Made by a program: the position numbers and the translations under genes
Assembly: GCA_004431415.1 (NCBI GenBank)
Contig: QPMI01000219.1
Span: 62,001 to 126,000 of the forward strand
Length of the DNA stretch: 64,000 nt
Source of the DNA: Cyanophora paradoxa CCMP329
Lineage: Eukaryota; Plantae; Glaucophyta
Direction: 5' to 3'
Notes under the pieces: model-generated
Database searches by the model: none
What the model was told of the DNA's origin: nothing
Seen by the model: the letters and a program-made list of their open reading frames with translations, nothing else
Shown here: positions 49,291-61,400 of the stretch, in pieces
Layout: each line of letters starts with the position of its first letter
How positions within the stretch are numbered: the first letter of the stretch is position 1

Positions 49291-49591
49291 ACCGCGTCCT
49301 TGGTGGAGTGGTAGAGCGCCGCACTCTCCACTCTTGAGCCTCTGGGTTCGAATCCAGGCCGGCCGAAGCAATCCCGCTTCGAATCCCAGTGTGGTCGTTG
49401 GGGGGTTTGATGGTAACCCAACGCTGGGCGGACCCCATAGCCTCACTCACTGGACCCGAAAGGCCGAAGGTGGGGGCGGTCCTGTGCGTTCCCATAAGAA
49501 CACGCGCATAGGGAGAAGGCTGTGCGAGGAAGGGTAATTGCCCCAGTACGGCCCGGCCCGAGAGCCCCTAAGGGGAGCAAATTTTTTTTTT
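49291..49591 (+). mobile_element. tRNA-derived SINE, ~300 bp, poly(T)-tailed
   Basis: A box TGGTGGAGTGG (49301-49311) and B box GGTTCGAATCC (49345-49355). 15-bp TSD TTCCTCGTCGACTAC at 49276-49290 and 49592-49606. 3' end is CCCC-TAA-GGGG-AGCAAA-T10-12. Confidence 0.92.
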
Positions 49592-50984
49592 TTCCTCGTC
49601 GACTACGCCCCCTGCCCCACCCTCGGCACGGCTGCCGTGCATGTGTCTTCTCGGTAATATAACGCCATATGCAAACAGGTTCTCGCGGCCATGCCAGGTG
49701 ACAGTGCCGAAAGGGCCCCGCAGCACGTCTGGCTCAGGCTAGCGCCTGTGCATATTCCCCCAGAGAGATTTGGGGTGCATCTTTCTTGTATTTTCTGGCA
49801 ACTTGCTGGTTCCGTGTACACATTCCCTTGGAGAGATTTGGGGTGCATTTGTCTTCAATTTTGTGGTGGATTGGAAACCTGGGGCCTTTGACTGAGTTAC
49901 TTGCTGGTGGGTGGGTTCATCTGCCTAAGGCTACTGCCTTTTGCATATTCCCCCAGAGAGATTTGGGGTGCATCTTTCTTCTTTTTTGTCACAGATCCTT
50001 ATCCTGGGGTGGGTGGGTTCATCTTCCTAAGGCAAGTGCCTTGTGCATATTCCCCCAGTGAGATTTGGGGTGCATCTTTCTTCTATTTTCTGGCAGATTG
50101 GAAACCTGGGGCCTTTGACTGTGTGGCTTGCTGGTGGGTGGGTTCATCTTCCTAAGGCTAGCGCCTTGTGCACATTCCCCCAGAGAGATTTGGGATGCAT
50201 CTGGCTTTTTTTGTGGAAGATCCAAAACCTGGGCCCTTTGACTGAGTGACTTGCTGGTGGGTGGGTTCATCTGGCTCAGGCTAGCGCCTTGTGCATATTC
50301 CCACAGAGAGATTTGGGGTGCATCTTTCTTCATTTTTGTCACAGATCAGAAACCTGCAGCCTTCCACTGAGTGACTTGCTGGTGGGTGGGTCATCTTTCT
50401 AAGGCTAGCGTTTTGTGCATATTCCCCCAGAGGGATTCCGGGTGCATTTGTCTTCAATTTTTTGGTGGATCGGAAACCTTGGGCCTTTGACTGAATGAAT
50501 TGCTGGTGGGTGGGTTCATCTTCCTAAGGCTAGCGCCTTGTGCATATTCCCCCAGAGAGATTGGGGGTGCATCTTTCTTCTTTTTTGTCACAGATTCTTA
50601 TCCTGGGGCCTTCGACTGAGTGACTTGCTGGTGGGTGGGTCATCTTTGTAAGGCTAGCGCCTTGTGCATATTCCCCCGGAGAGATTTGGGGTGCATCTTT
50701 CTCCTATTTTTTGGTGGATCAGAAACCTGCAGCCTTCGACTGAGTGACTTGCTGGTGGGTGGGTGATCTTCCTAAGGCTAGCGCCTTGTGCGTATTCCCC
50801 CAGGGAGATTGGGGGTGCATACTTCTTCTATTTTGTGGCAGATCGGAAACCTGGGGCCTCCGACTCAGTGACTTGCTGGTGGGTGGGTTCATCTTCCTAA
50901 GGCTAGCGCCTTGTGCATATTCCCCCAGAGAGATTTAGGGTGCATCCATCTTCTATTTTGTGGTGGACGGAAACCTGGGGCTTG

Positions 50985-51577
50985 GCTGACTCTTCAGTAG
51001 CTCACTGTGCAGCATTGCATGCCCAGAGTCAAGCAGGTAGACGATGTCCAACAAAGGTGACCCTTCTGCACCAAGCGTACTGTCCTGCGATTCCAGCTTT
51101 GGCAATCCAGGAAAAACAAATCACCCAGGGAATGTGGCATCCTGGGAAAAACAAATCTCCGACATGTACCAAAGAATAAGAGAAGCTTCGAGCTACAAGT
51201 ATTACATACAGAGGAAACACTGCTGCAAGACAAGATTTTTTTTGAGGCCTATAAGAAGTACATCTACGTTGGGAAGCAGAGAGACTACGAGCACCAAGAA
51301 GACATCAAGCAGGAACCACTGAGAAGGGAGAAGTGCCAATGTACCACCTGTAAATGCAGGCCACAGCAGTGTGCGTACGTCTCGAAGTGCTTGTTGTCAA
51401 TCCTTCTCGCATGAAACGTGACAGCCCTTTCGAGAATATTCCCAGTTTCGCGAAGTGCAAATGCACTTCCCCAGCGACTGGTATGAAGAACAACGTGCAA
51501 ATGCACCAACCATCCCTGTCCAAACAGAGACATGGGCTTGCCGAGCCAGTACGAGAACAACGGCTTCATAGAAGAGA
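50985..51577. other. Unique ~590-bp fragment between oppositely oriented satellite arrays (second copy 54098-54690)
   Basis: Non-satellite sequence duplicated at a 3113-bp offset along with its flanks; origin not recognised. Confidence 0.8.
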
Positions 51578-54500
51578 ACCAAATCTCTCTGGGGGAACCA
51601 GTCACTAAGTCGAAGGCCCCAGGTTTCCAATCTGCCAGAAAATAGAAGAAAGATGCACCCAAAAACTCTCTGGGGAAATATGCACAAGGCGCTAGCCTTA
51701 GGCAGATGACCCACCCACCAGCAAGTCGCTCAGTCGAAGGCCCCAGGTTTCCGATCGGCCACAAAATAGAAGAAACATGCACCCCAAATCCCTCTGGGGG
51801 AATGTGCACAAGGCGCTAGCGTTAGGCAGATGACCCACCCACCTGCAAGTCACTCAGTTGAAGGGCCCAGGTTTCCAATCTGTGACAAAATAGAAGAAAG
51901 ATGCACCCCAAATCTCTCTGGGGGAATATGCACAAGGCGCTAGCCTTAGGAAGATGAACCCACCCACCAGCAATTCATTCAGTCAAAGGCCCAAGGTGCA
52001 AAGGCCCAAGGTGCATCATTCAGTCAATTCATTCAGAGATTTGGGGTGCATCATTCTTCTATTGTGTGGCGGATCAGAAGCCTGGGGCCTTCAACTGAGT
52101 GACTTGCTGGTGGGTGGGTCATCTGCGTAAGGCTACTGCCTTTTGCATATTCCCCCAGAGAGATTTGGGGTGCATCTTTCTTCTTTTTTGTCACAGATCC
52201 TTATCCTGGGGTGGGTGGGTTCATCTTCCTAAGGCAAGTGCCTTGTGCATATTCCCCCAGTGAGATTTGGGGTGCATCTTTCTTCTATTTTCTGGCAGAT
52301 TGGAAACCTGGGGCCTTTGACTGTGTGGCTTGCTGGTGGGTGGGTTCAGCTTCCCTAATGCACCCCAAATCTCTCTGGGGGAATATGCACAAGGCGCTAG
52401 CCTTAGGAAGATGAACCCACCCACCAGCAATTCATTCAGTCAAAGGCCCAAGGTGCAAAGGCCCAAGGTGCATCATTCAGTCAATTCATTCAGAGATTTG
52501 GGGTGCATCATTCTTCTATTGTGTGGCGGATCAGAAGCCTGGGGCCTTCAACTGAGTGACTTGCTGGTGGGTGGGTCATCTGCGTAAGGCTACTGCCTTT
52601 TGCATATTCCCCCAGAGAGATTTGGGGTGCATCTTTCTTCTTTTTTGTCACAGATCCTTATCCTGGGGTGGGTGGGTTCATCTTCCTAAGGCAAGTGCCT
52701 TGTGCATATTCCCCAGTGAGATTTGGGGTGCATCTTTCTTCTATTTTCTGGCAGATTGGAAACCTGGGGCCTTTGACTGTGTGGCTTGCTGGTGGGTGGG
52801 TTCAGCTTCCTAATGCACCCCAAATCTCTCTGGGGAATATGCACAAGGCGCTAGCCTTAGGAAGATGAACCCACCCACCAGCAATTCATTCAGTCAAAGG
52901 CCCAAGGTGCAAAGGCCCAAGGTGCATCATTCAGTCAATTCATTCAGAGATTTGGGGTGCATCATTCTTCTATTGTGTGGCGGATCAGAAGCCTGGGGCC
53001 TTCAACTGAGTGACTTGCTGGTGGGTGGGTCATCTGCGTAAGGCTACTGCCTTTTGCATATTCCCCCAGAGAGATTTGGGGTGCATCTTTCTTCTTTTTT
53101 GTCACAGATCCTTATCCTGGGGTGGGTGGGTTCATCTTCCTAAGGCAAGTGCCTTGTGCATATTCCCCCAGTGAGATTTGGGGTGCATCTTTCTTCTATT
53201 TTCTGGCAGATTGGAAACCTGGGGCCTTTGACTGTGTGGCTTGCTGGTGGGTGGGTTCATCTTCCTAAGGCTAGCGCCTTGTGCACATTCCCCCAGAGAG
53301 ATTTGGGATGCATCTGGCTTTTTTTGTGGAAGATCCAAAACCTGGGCCCTTTGACTGAGTGACTTGCTGGTGGGTGGGTTCATCTGGCTCAGGCTAGCGC
53401 CTTGTGCATATTCCCACAGAGAGATTTGGGGTGCATCTTTCTTCATTTTTGTCACAGATCAGAAACCTGCAGCCTTCCACTGAGTGACTTGCTGGTGGGT
53501 GGGTCATCTTTCTAAGGCTAGCGTTTTGTGCATATTCCCCCAGAGGGATTCCGGGTGCATTTGTCTTCAATTTTTTGGTGGATCGGAAACCTTGGGCCTT
53601 TGACTGAATGAATTGCTGGTGGGTGGGTTCATCTTCCTAAGGCTAGCGCCTTGTGCATATTCCCCCAGAGAGATTGGGGGTGCATCTTTCTTCTTTTTTG
53701 TCACAGATTCTTATCCTGGGGCCTTCGACTGAGTGACTTGCTGGTGGGTGGGTCATCTTTGTAAGGCTAGCGCCTTGTGCATATTCCCACAGAGAGATTT
53801 GGGGTGCATCTTTCTCCTATTTTTTGGTGGATCAGAAACCTGCAGCCTTCGACTGAGTGACTTGCTGGTGGGTGGGTGATCTTCCTAAGGCTAGCGCCTT
53901 GTGCGTATTCCCCCAGGGAGATTGGGGGTGCATACTTCTTCTATTTTGTGGCAGATCGGAAACCTGGGGCCTCCGACTCAGTGACTTGCTGGTGGGTGGG
54001 TTCATCTTCCTAAGGCTAGCGCCTTGTGCATATTCCCCCAGAGAGATTTAGGGTGCATCCATCTTCTATTTTGTGGTGGACGGAAACCTGGGGCTTGGCT
54101 GACTCTTCAGTAGCTCACTGTGCAGCATTGCATGCCCAGAGTCAAGCAGGTAGACGATGTCCAACAAAGGTGACCCTTCTGCACCAAGCGTACTGTCCTG
54201 CGATTCCAGCTTTGGCAATCCAGGAAAAACAAATCACCCAGGGAATGTGGCATCCTGGGAAAAACAAATCTCCGACATGTACCAAAGAATAAGAGAAGCT
54301 TCGAGCTACAAGTATTACATACAGAGGAAACACTGCTGCAAGACAAGATTTTTTTTGAGGCCTATAAGAAGTACATCTACGTTGGGAAGCAGAGAGACTA
54401 CGAGCACCAAGAAGACATCAAGCAGGAACCACTGAGAAGGGAGAAGTGCCAATGTACCACCTGTAAATGCAGGCCACAGCAGTGTGCGTACGTCTCGAAG

Positions 54501-56468
54501 TGCTTGTTGTCAATCCTTCTCGCATGAAACGTGACAGCCCTTTCGAGAATATTCCCAGTTTCGCGAAGTGCAAATGCACTTCCCCAGCGACTGGTATGAA
54601 GAACAACGTGCAAATGCACCAACCATCCCTGTCCAAACAGAGACATGGGCTTGCCGAGCCAGTACGAGAACAACGGCTTCATAGAAGAGAACCAAATCTC
54701 TCTGGGGGAACCAGTCACTAAGTCGAAGGCCCCAGGTTTCCAATCTGCCAGAAAATAGAAGAAAGATGCACCCAAAAACTCTCTGGGGAAATATGCACAA
54801 GGCGCTAGCCTTAGGCAGATGACCCACCCACCAGCAAGTCGCTCAGTCGAAGGCCCCAGGTTTCCGATCGGCCACAAAATAGAAGAAACATGCACCCCAA
54901 ATCCCTCTGGGGGAATGTGCACAAGGCGCTAGCCTTAGGCAGATGACCCACCCACCTGCAAGTCACTCAGTTGAAGGGCCCAGGTTTCCAATCTGTGACA
55001 AAATAGAAGAAAGATGCACCCCAAATCTCTCTGGGGGAATATGCACAAGGCGCTAGCCTTAGGAAGATGAACCCACCCACCAGCAATTCATTCAGTCAAA
55101 GGCCCAAGGTTTCCGATCCACCAAACAATTGAAGACAAATGCACCCGAAATCCCTCTGGGGGAATATGCACAAGACGCTAGCCTTAGAAAGATGACCCAC
55201 CCACCAGCAAGTCACTCAGTGGAAGGCTGCAGGTTTCTGATCTGTGACAAAAATGAAGAAAGATGCACCCCAAATCTCTCTGTGGGAATATGCACAAGGC
55301 GCTAGCCTGAGCCAGATGAACCCACCCACCAGCAAGTCACTCAGTCAAAGGGCCCAGGTTTTGGATCTTCCACAAAAAAAGCCAGATGCATCCCAAATCT
55401 CTCTGGGGGAATGTGCACAAGGCGCTAGCCTTAGGAAGATGAACCCACCCACCAGCAAGCCACACAGTCAAAGGCCCCAGGTTTCCAATCTGCCAGAAAA
55501 TAGAAGAAAGATGCACCCCAAATCTCACTGGGGGAATATGCATAAGGCACTTGCCTTAGGAAGATGAACCCACCCACCAGCAAGCCACTCAGTCAAAGGC
55601 CCCAGGTTTCCGATCCGCCACAAAATAGAAGATGGATGCACCCCAAATCTCTCTGGGGCAACATGCACAAGGCGCTAGCCTCAGCCAGATGAAGGCACCC
55701 ACCAGCAAGTCACTCAGTCGAAGGCTGCAGGTTTCCGATCTTCCACAAAATCGAACAAAGATGCACCCCAAATCTCTCTGTGGGAATATGCACAAGGCGC
55801 TAGCCTGAGCCAGATGAACCCACCCACCAGCAAGTCACTCAGTCAAAGGGCCCAGGTTTCGTATCCGCCACAAAAAAAGCCAAATGCATCCCAAATCTCT
55901 CTGGGGGAATATGCACAGGCGCTAGCCTTAGGAAGATGAACCCACAAACCAGCAAGCCGCTCAGTCAAAGGCCCCAGGTTTCCGATCCGCCACAAAATAG
56001 AAGAAGGATGCACCCCAAATCTCTCTGGGGGAATATGCACAAGGCCCAAGCCTTAGGCAGATGAACCCACCCACCAGCAAGTCACTCAGTCGAAGGCCCA
56101 GAAAGAACAAGAAAGATGCACCCCAAATCTCTCTGGGGGAATATGCCCAAGGGCATGCTGTTTTCTCGCTTTGGAGTTGATTGTATGGTCAAAGGTTGTT
56201 TTGACAACAGGCCAGCTTTGATTGTGCTTTTTCTCATTGCTGAGTGGTGTCCTCTCATCTGAAGCCCACATGGTCAGCGCAAGTCAAGATATGCAGAGTA
56301 TTGATGCATTTGCATCATGGAGCATTGTTGCTGTTCTTCTATTATCATTGGGCCAGCGAGGACATGGCCATTTCTACCACAGAGTGATTGTTGTGAAGCG
56401 TAGTGACTCTTCCCCTTCTCTCTCGCCGCTAGCAGCTGCCTCGACTTTTCCATTAAACGTCCAACAGA

Positions 56469-57416
56469 TCACTGAAAAGGATCACTGACAACCTTAGATC
56501 CAGGTACCCCACCCCCATAGACACCTACAACTTGATGATATTGCACAGTATCACAGTCACTTACTGGGTTGCTCCATCTGAGCCGGTTGTGAAAGGTAAC
56601 GATACTTCCATCTAGAATTGCCCTCGAAGGATCAAATTTGGCTGCATTCCATGCATCGCGAATGAATTCACCATCAGGATAAAAACCTTCAGCACCCCAG
56701 TGAACTTTAAAATCGTGCAGTAAACGAGAAAAGACCAGAAGCTGAGACGTGTCGATTGATCCAGGTTCTGGATGCCAGGGAAACAGCACAATCCCTTCAT
56801 CACGCAGCTGTCCCATCAGAACAATCTGACGACGTGGATGACTCTGAACAACATGCGCAGTGTGCAAAAGAAAACTACAGTGAATGGTATTGTCCCCATC
56901 AAGATGATAGAACCAAACGTCAGGAAATGAATCATGCACTAAATCAGGATAGAACTGATTCGACTTCTTCAGAACAGCAGAGACTCGTGCCTTTGGCAGA
57001 AGTTCGCAAGGACTTATGAGCACGAGCACATTGTTCGAAGATTTCCGTTTCGCTGTGCGCTCAAGCCACCAATCTCTGGCGATTGTTCCAACATCCGAGA
57101 AATTTTTTAGGTACAGAACTCCTTCAACGTATGGAGTTCCTTCTAACCATGACACAATCTCGGAATGAAAGTTACCTTCGGATTGATAGGCATCAAGACA
57201 AATAAACCAAGTCACGTGCCAAGGATTCCCGTGCACGCAGAGCCTTGGCAGAGTCGTACCAAGAAATCCTCGATACTCGTTGTTCGGAAGTATGGGAGTC
57301 AGAATAAGCATTTCGAGCATGTTACGGTGACTGTTTTGCTGCAGCACAGAGAGCCTTCTAAGGAAAAAAACTGTAAGAACCACGATCAAGAACGCACTTA
57401 AGAGTCGCTTTCTCAT
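56469..57416 (-). CDS. Intronless type II membrane glycosyltransferase, GT-A/GT2-like, ~315 aa
   Basis: Uninterrupted ORF from ATG 57416. Anchor LLSAFLIVVLTVFFL; motifs LILTP, WFICLD, WFYHLDGDN (DxD), IDTSQ and W....Y.DG.FI. Confidence 0.75.
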   Translation of the reverse strand: MRKRLLSAFLIVVLTVFFLRRLSVLQQNSHRNMLEMLILTPILPNNEYRGFLGTTLPRLCVHGNPWHVTWFICLDAYQSEGNFHSEIVSWLEGTPYVEGVLYLKNFSDVGTIARDWWLERTAKRKSSNNVLVLISPCELLPKARVSAVLKKSNQFYPDLVHDSFPDVWFYHLDGDNTIHCSFLLHTAHVVQSHPRRQIVLMGQLRDEGIVLFPWHPEPGSIDTSQLLVFSRLLHDFKVHWGAEGFYPDGEFIRDAWNAAKFDPSRAILDGSIVTFHNRLRWSNPVSDCDTVQYHQVVGVYGGGVPGSKVVSDPFQ

Positions 57417-57752
57417 GTTTCTCACCGGGCCCGGCAACAATCGTACCTGACTTCAAGCTTTCCAGGGGGAAAATGCACAAGGCCTAAGGCCAGTGCTCCC
57501 TGCCCAGCTGTGGCCCTGCGAGAGCTCTGCGTTTCCGAGCGGGACCCCCACTGAGTGTTTAGGAATTTGAACGTTTCCTGGGTTCACTCCCTCTCCTCCC
57601 TGGTCAGTTCGAACTCCCATCGGGCCCACAACAGGTAGTCAGGTGCACGCAAACACTTTCCAGGAGGAACATACACAAGGCGCTAACCTTAGGCAGGTGC
57701 ACCCTGCCCAGCAGAGGCCCTGTAAGAAGTTCCACCAACGTGTCCTGGGTGC

Positions 57753-57852
57753 ACCCTATCCGACTATATCAGCCAAAACAGCAGCAAATCTACTGTATGA
57801 AGACATTGTCTGCTTTCATGGAGTGCCTGGAGTGATTTACACAGATCCAGGC
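57753..57852 (+). pseudogene. Ty3/Gypsy-type integrase fragment (second catalytic Asp region)
   Basis: PYPTISAKTAANLLYEDIVCFHGVPGVIYTDPG matches the rve core pattern HGxPxxIxSDxG. Confidence 0.8.
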
Positions 57853-58017
57853 GGTGCACTTAGGCAGATGAACCCACCCACCAGCAAGTCACTCAGTCAA
57901 AGGCCCCAGGATAAGGCTCTGTGACAAAATAGAAGCAAGATGCACCCCAAATCTCTCTGGGGGAATATGCACAAGGCGCTAGCCTTAGGAAGATGACCCA
58001 CCCACCAGCAAGTCGCA

Positions 58018-58270
58018 CACCAACAAGTGCCCGAAGAAGACGGCGGCGGCCGTGGACTGCATCGCCCGCCAGGCCGCTGCCACGGCGATGGGCCTTGCCG
58101 GACCAGCTGCTCAGAGCGCCGTTGCGGGCACCGCCGCCGGCGCTCTCGAGGCCGCCGCCCTTGAGGCCGCCGCTCGTGAGGCCGCCGCTGCCTTCGCCGC
58201 GAGCGCCGCCACGGGCGCCGTGCGCACGCGCACTGCGATCAACGCCGACTTGGACGGCAACGAGTCCATG
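58018..58270 (+). pseudogene. Ala-rich GC-rich coding fragment, possibly the gag C-terminus after a zinc knuckle
   Basis: HTNKCPKKTAAAVDCIARQAAATAMG...; only the tail of a possible CCHC motif is visible. Confidence 0.35.
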
Positions 58271-58432
58271 GACCACAAAGAAAGGAGACATTCCAGTGCT
58301 TTTGTTTGCATGACTTCGAACTGCAAACAATGCAGGAGAAATGAACTTGTCCCAGTCATTGCGATCCTCATTGACATAGTTGTAGATGATATCTTTAAAG
58401 GATTGATTAAAACGCTCAACCTTTCCAGAAGC
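58265..58432 (-). pseudogene. Ty3/Gypsy-type integrase fragment (catalytic Glu region), inverted
   Basis: The reverse strand reads ASGKVERFNQSFKDIIYNYVNEDRNDWDKFISPALFAVRSHANKSTGMSPFFVVHG. Confidence 0.88.
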
Positions 58433-61400
58433 ATATTCCCCCAGAGAGATTTGGGGTGCATCCTTCTATTTTGTGGCAGATCGGAAACCTGGGGCCTTCA
58501 ACTGAGTGACTTGCTGGTGGGTGGGTCATTTGCCTAAGGCTAGAGCCTTGTGCATATTCACCCAGAGAGATTATGGGTGCATCCTTCTTCTATTTTGTGG
58601 CAGATCGGAAACCTGCTGCCTCTGACTGGGTGACTTTCTGGTTGGAAGAGTAATCTGCGTAAGGCTAGCGCCTTGTGCATATTTCCCCAGAGAGATTTGG
58701 GGTGCATCCTTCTTCTTTTTTGTGGCAGATCAGAAACCAGGGGCCTTCGTCTGAGTGACTTGCGCTAGCCTTAGGCAGATGACCCACCCACCAGCAAGTC
58801 ACTCAATCGAAAGCCCCAGGTTTCCGATCCGCCACAATACAGAAGAAGAGCCTCAGGTTTCCGATCTGCCAGAAAATAGAAGAAGGATGCACTTCAAATC
58901 TCTCTGGGGGAATATTCACAAGGCGCTAGCCTTAGGCAGATTACTCTTCCAACCAGCAAGTCACCCAGTCAGAGGCCGCAGGTTTCCGATCTGCCACAAA
59001 ATAGAAGAAGGACGCACCCAAAATCTCTCTGGGTGAATACGCACAAGGCTCTAGCCTTAGGCAAATGACCCACCCACCAGCAAGTCACTCAGTCGAGGGC
59101 CCCAGGTTTCCGATCCGCCACAATACAGAAGAAGAATGCCCCCCAAATCTCTCTGGGGAAATATGCACAAGGCGCTAGCCTTAGGCAGATGAACCCACCA
59201 ACCACCAAGTCACTCAGTCGAAGGCCCCAGGATTAGGAACTGCCACAAAAAAGAAGCAAGATGCAACCCAAATCACTCTCGGGGAATATGTACAAGGCGC
59301 TAGCCTTAGAAAGATGACCCACCCACCAGCAAGTCACTCAGTCGAAGGCCCCAGGATAAGGATCTGTGACAAAACTGAAGCAAGATGCACCCCAAATCTC
59401 TCTGGGGGAATATGAACAAGGCGCTAGCCTAAGGCAGATGAACCCACCCACCAGCAAGTCACTCAGTTGAAGGCAGCAGGTTTCCAATCTGCAACAAAAT
59501 AGAAACCAGATGCACCCCAAATCTCTCTGGGGGAATATGAACAAGGCGCTAGCCTAAGGCAGATGAACCCACCCACCAGCAAGTCACTCAGTCAAAGGCC
59601 CCAGGTTTTTCGATCCGCCACAAAATAGAAGAAGGATGCACCCCAAATCTCTCTGGGGGAATATGCCCAAGGCGTTTGCGTTACGAAGATGAACCCACCG
59701 ACCAGCAAGTCACTTAGTCAAAGGAAGCAGGTTTCCAATCTGCCACAAAATAGAAGAAAGATGCACCCCAAATCACTCTGGGGGAATATGCACAAGGCGC
59801 TGACCTAAGGGAGATGAAACCACTCACCAGCAAGTCACTCAGTTGAAGGCAGCAGGTTTCCGATCTGCAACAACATAGAAGACAGATGCACCCCAAATCT
59901 CTCTGGGGGGATTTAAACAAGGCGCTAGCCTTAGGCAGATGAACCCACCTACCACCAAGTCACTCAGTCGAAGGCCCCAGGTTTCTGATCCGCCACAAAA
60001 TAGAAGACAGATGCACCCTAAATCTCTCCGGGGGAATATCAACAAGGTGCTAGCCTTTGGCAGATGAACCCACCCACCAGCAAGTCACTCAGTCGAAGGC
60101 CCCAGGATAAGGATCTGTGACAAAACTGAAGCAAGATGCACCCCAAATCTCTCTGGGGGAATATGAACAAGGCGCTAGCCTTAGGCAGATGACCCACCCA
60201 CCAGCAAGTCACTCAGTCAAAGGCCCCAGGTTTTTCGATCCACCACAAAATAGAAGAAGGATGCACCCCAAATCTCTCTGGGGGAATATGCCCAAGGCGT
60301 TTGCGTTACGAAGATGAACCCACCGACCAGCAAGTCACTTAGTCAAAGGAAGCAGGTTTCCAATCTGCCACAAAATAGAAGAAAGATGCACCCCAAATCA
60401 CTCTGGGGGAATATGCACAAGGCGCTGACCTAAGGGAGATGAAACCACTCACCAGCAAGTCACTCAGTTGAAGGCAGCAGGTTTCCGATCTGCAACAACA
60501 TAGAAGACAGATGCACCCCAAATCTCTCTGGGAGGATTTAAACAAGGCGCTAGCCTTAGGCAGATGAACCCACCAACCACCAAGTCACTCAGTCGAAGGT
60601 CCCAGGTTTCTGATCCGCCACAAAATAGAAGACAGATGCACCCTAAATCTCTCCGGGGGAATATCAACAAGGTGCTAGCCTTTGGCAGATGAACCCACCC
60701 ACCAGCAAGTCACTCAGTCGAAGGCCCCAGGAAAAGGATCTGTGACAAAACTGAAGCAAGATGCACCCCAAATCTCTCTGGGGGAATATGAACAAGGCGC
60801 TAGCCTTAGGCAGATGACCCACCCACCAGCAAGTCACTCAGTCAAAGGCCCCAGGTTTTTCGATCCACCACAAAATAGAAGAAGGATGCACCCCAAATCT
60901 CTCTGGGGGAATATGCCCAAGGCGTTTGCGTTACGAAGATGAACCCACCGACCAGCAAGTCACTTAGTCAAAGGAAGCAGGTTTCCAATCTGCCACAAAA
61001 TAGAAGAAAGATGCACCCCAAATCACTCTGGGGGAATATGCACAAGGCGCTGACCTAAGGGAGATGAAACCACTCACCAGCAAGTCACTCAGTTGAAGGC
61101 AGCAGGTTTCCGATCTGCAACAACATAGAAGACAGATGCACCCCAAATCTCTCTGGGGGGATTTAAACAAGGCGCTAGCCTTAGGCAGATGAACCCACCA
61201 ACCACCAAGTCACTCAGTCGAAGGCCCCAGGTTTCCGATCTGCCACAAAATAGAAGAAAGATGCACCCCAAATCTCTCTGGGGGAATATGCACAAGGCGC
61301 TAGCCTTAGGCAGATGACCCACCCACCAGCAAGTCACTCAGTCGAAGGCCCCAGGATAAGAAACTGCCACAAAATAGAAGAAAGACGCACTTCAAATCTC

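Larger units (their letters stand above)
44466..49728 (+). pseudogene. F-box-like spliced pseudogene with internal tandem amplification and a SINE insertion
   Basis: MPASKRP...DCLLLT|MLPMDLFRLIAASGGPSGLASLAATCQKFMQM fits the F-box pattern (LP.D/E...I...L..L..TC..F). Introns are ~50-57-nt GT-AG. Every unit has an in-frame TAG (GP*MYRL). The frame GCGLFLVDY|APCPTL is split by the SINE, and the gene is cut by satellite at 49729. Confidence 0.62.

Noticed and set aside
49291-49368. Functional tRNA gene
   Set aside because: A and B boxes are present, but acceptor and anticodon stems do not pair well, and it heads a TSD-flanked 300-bp element, so it is a SINE head.
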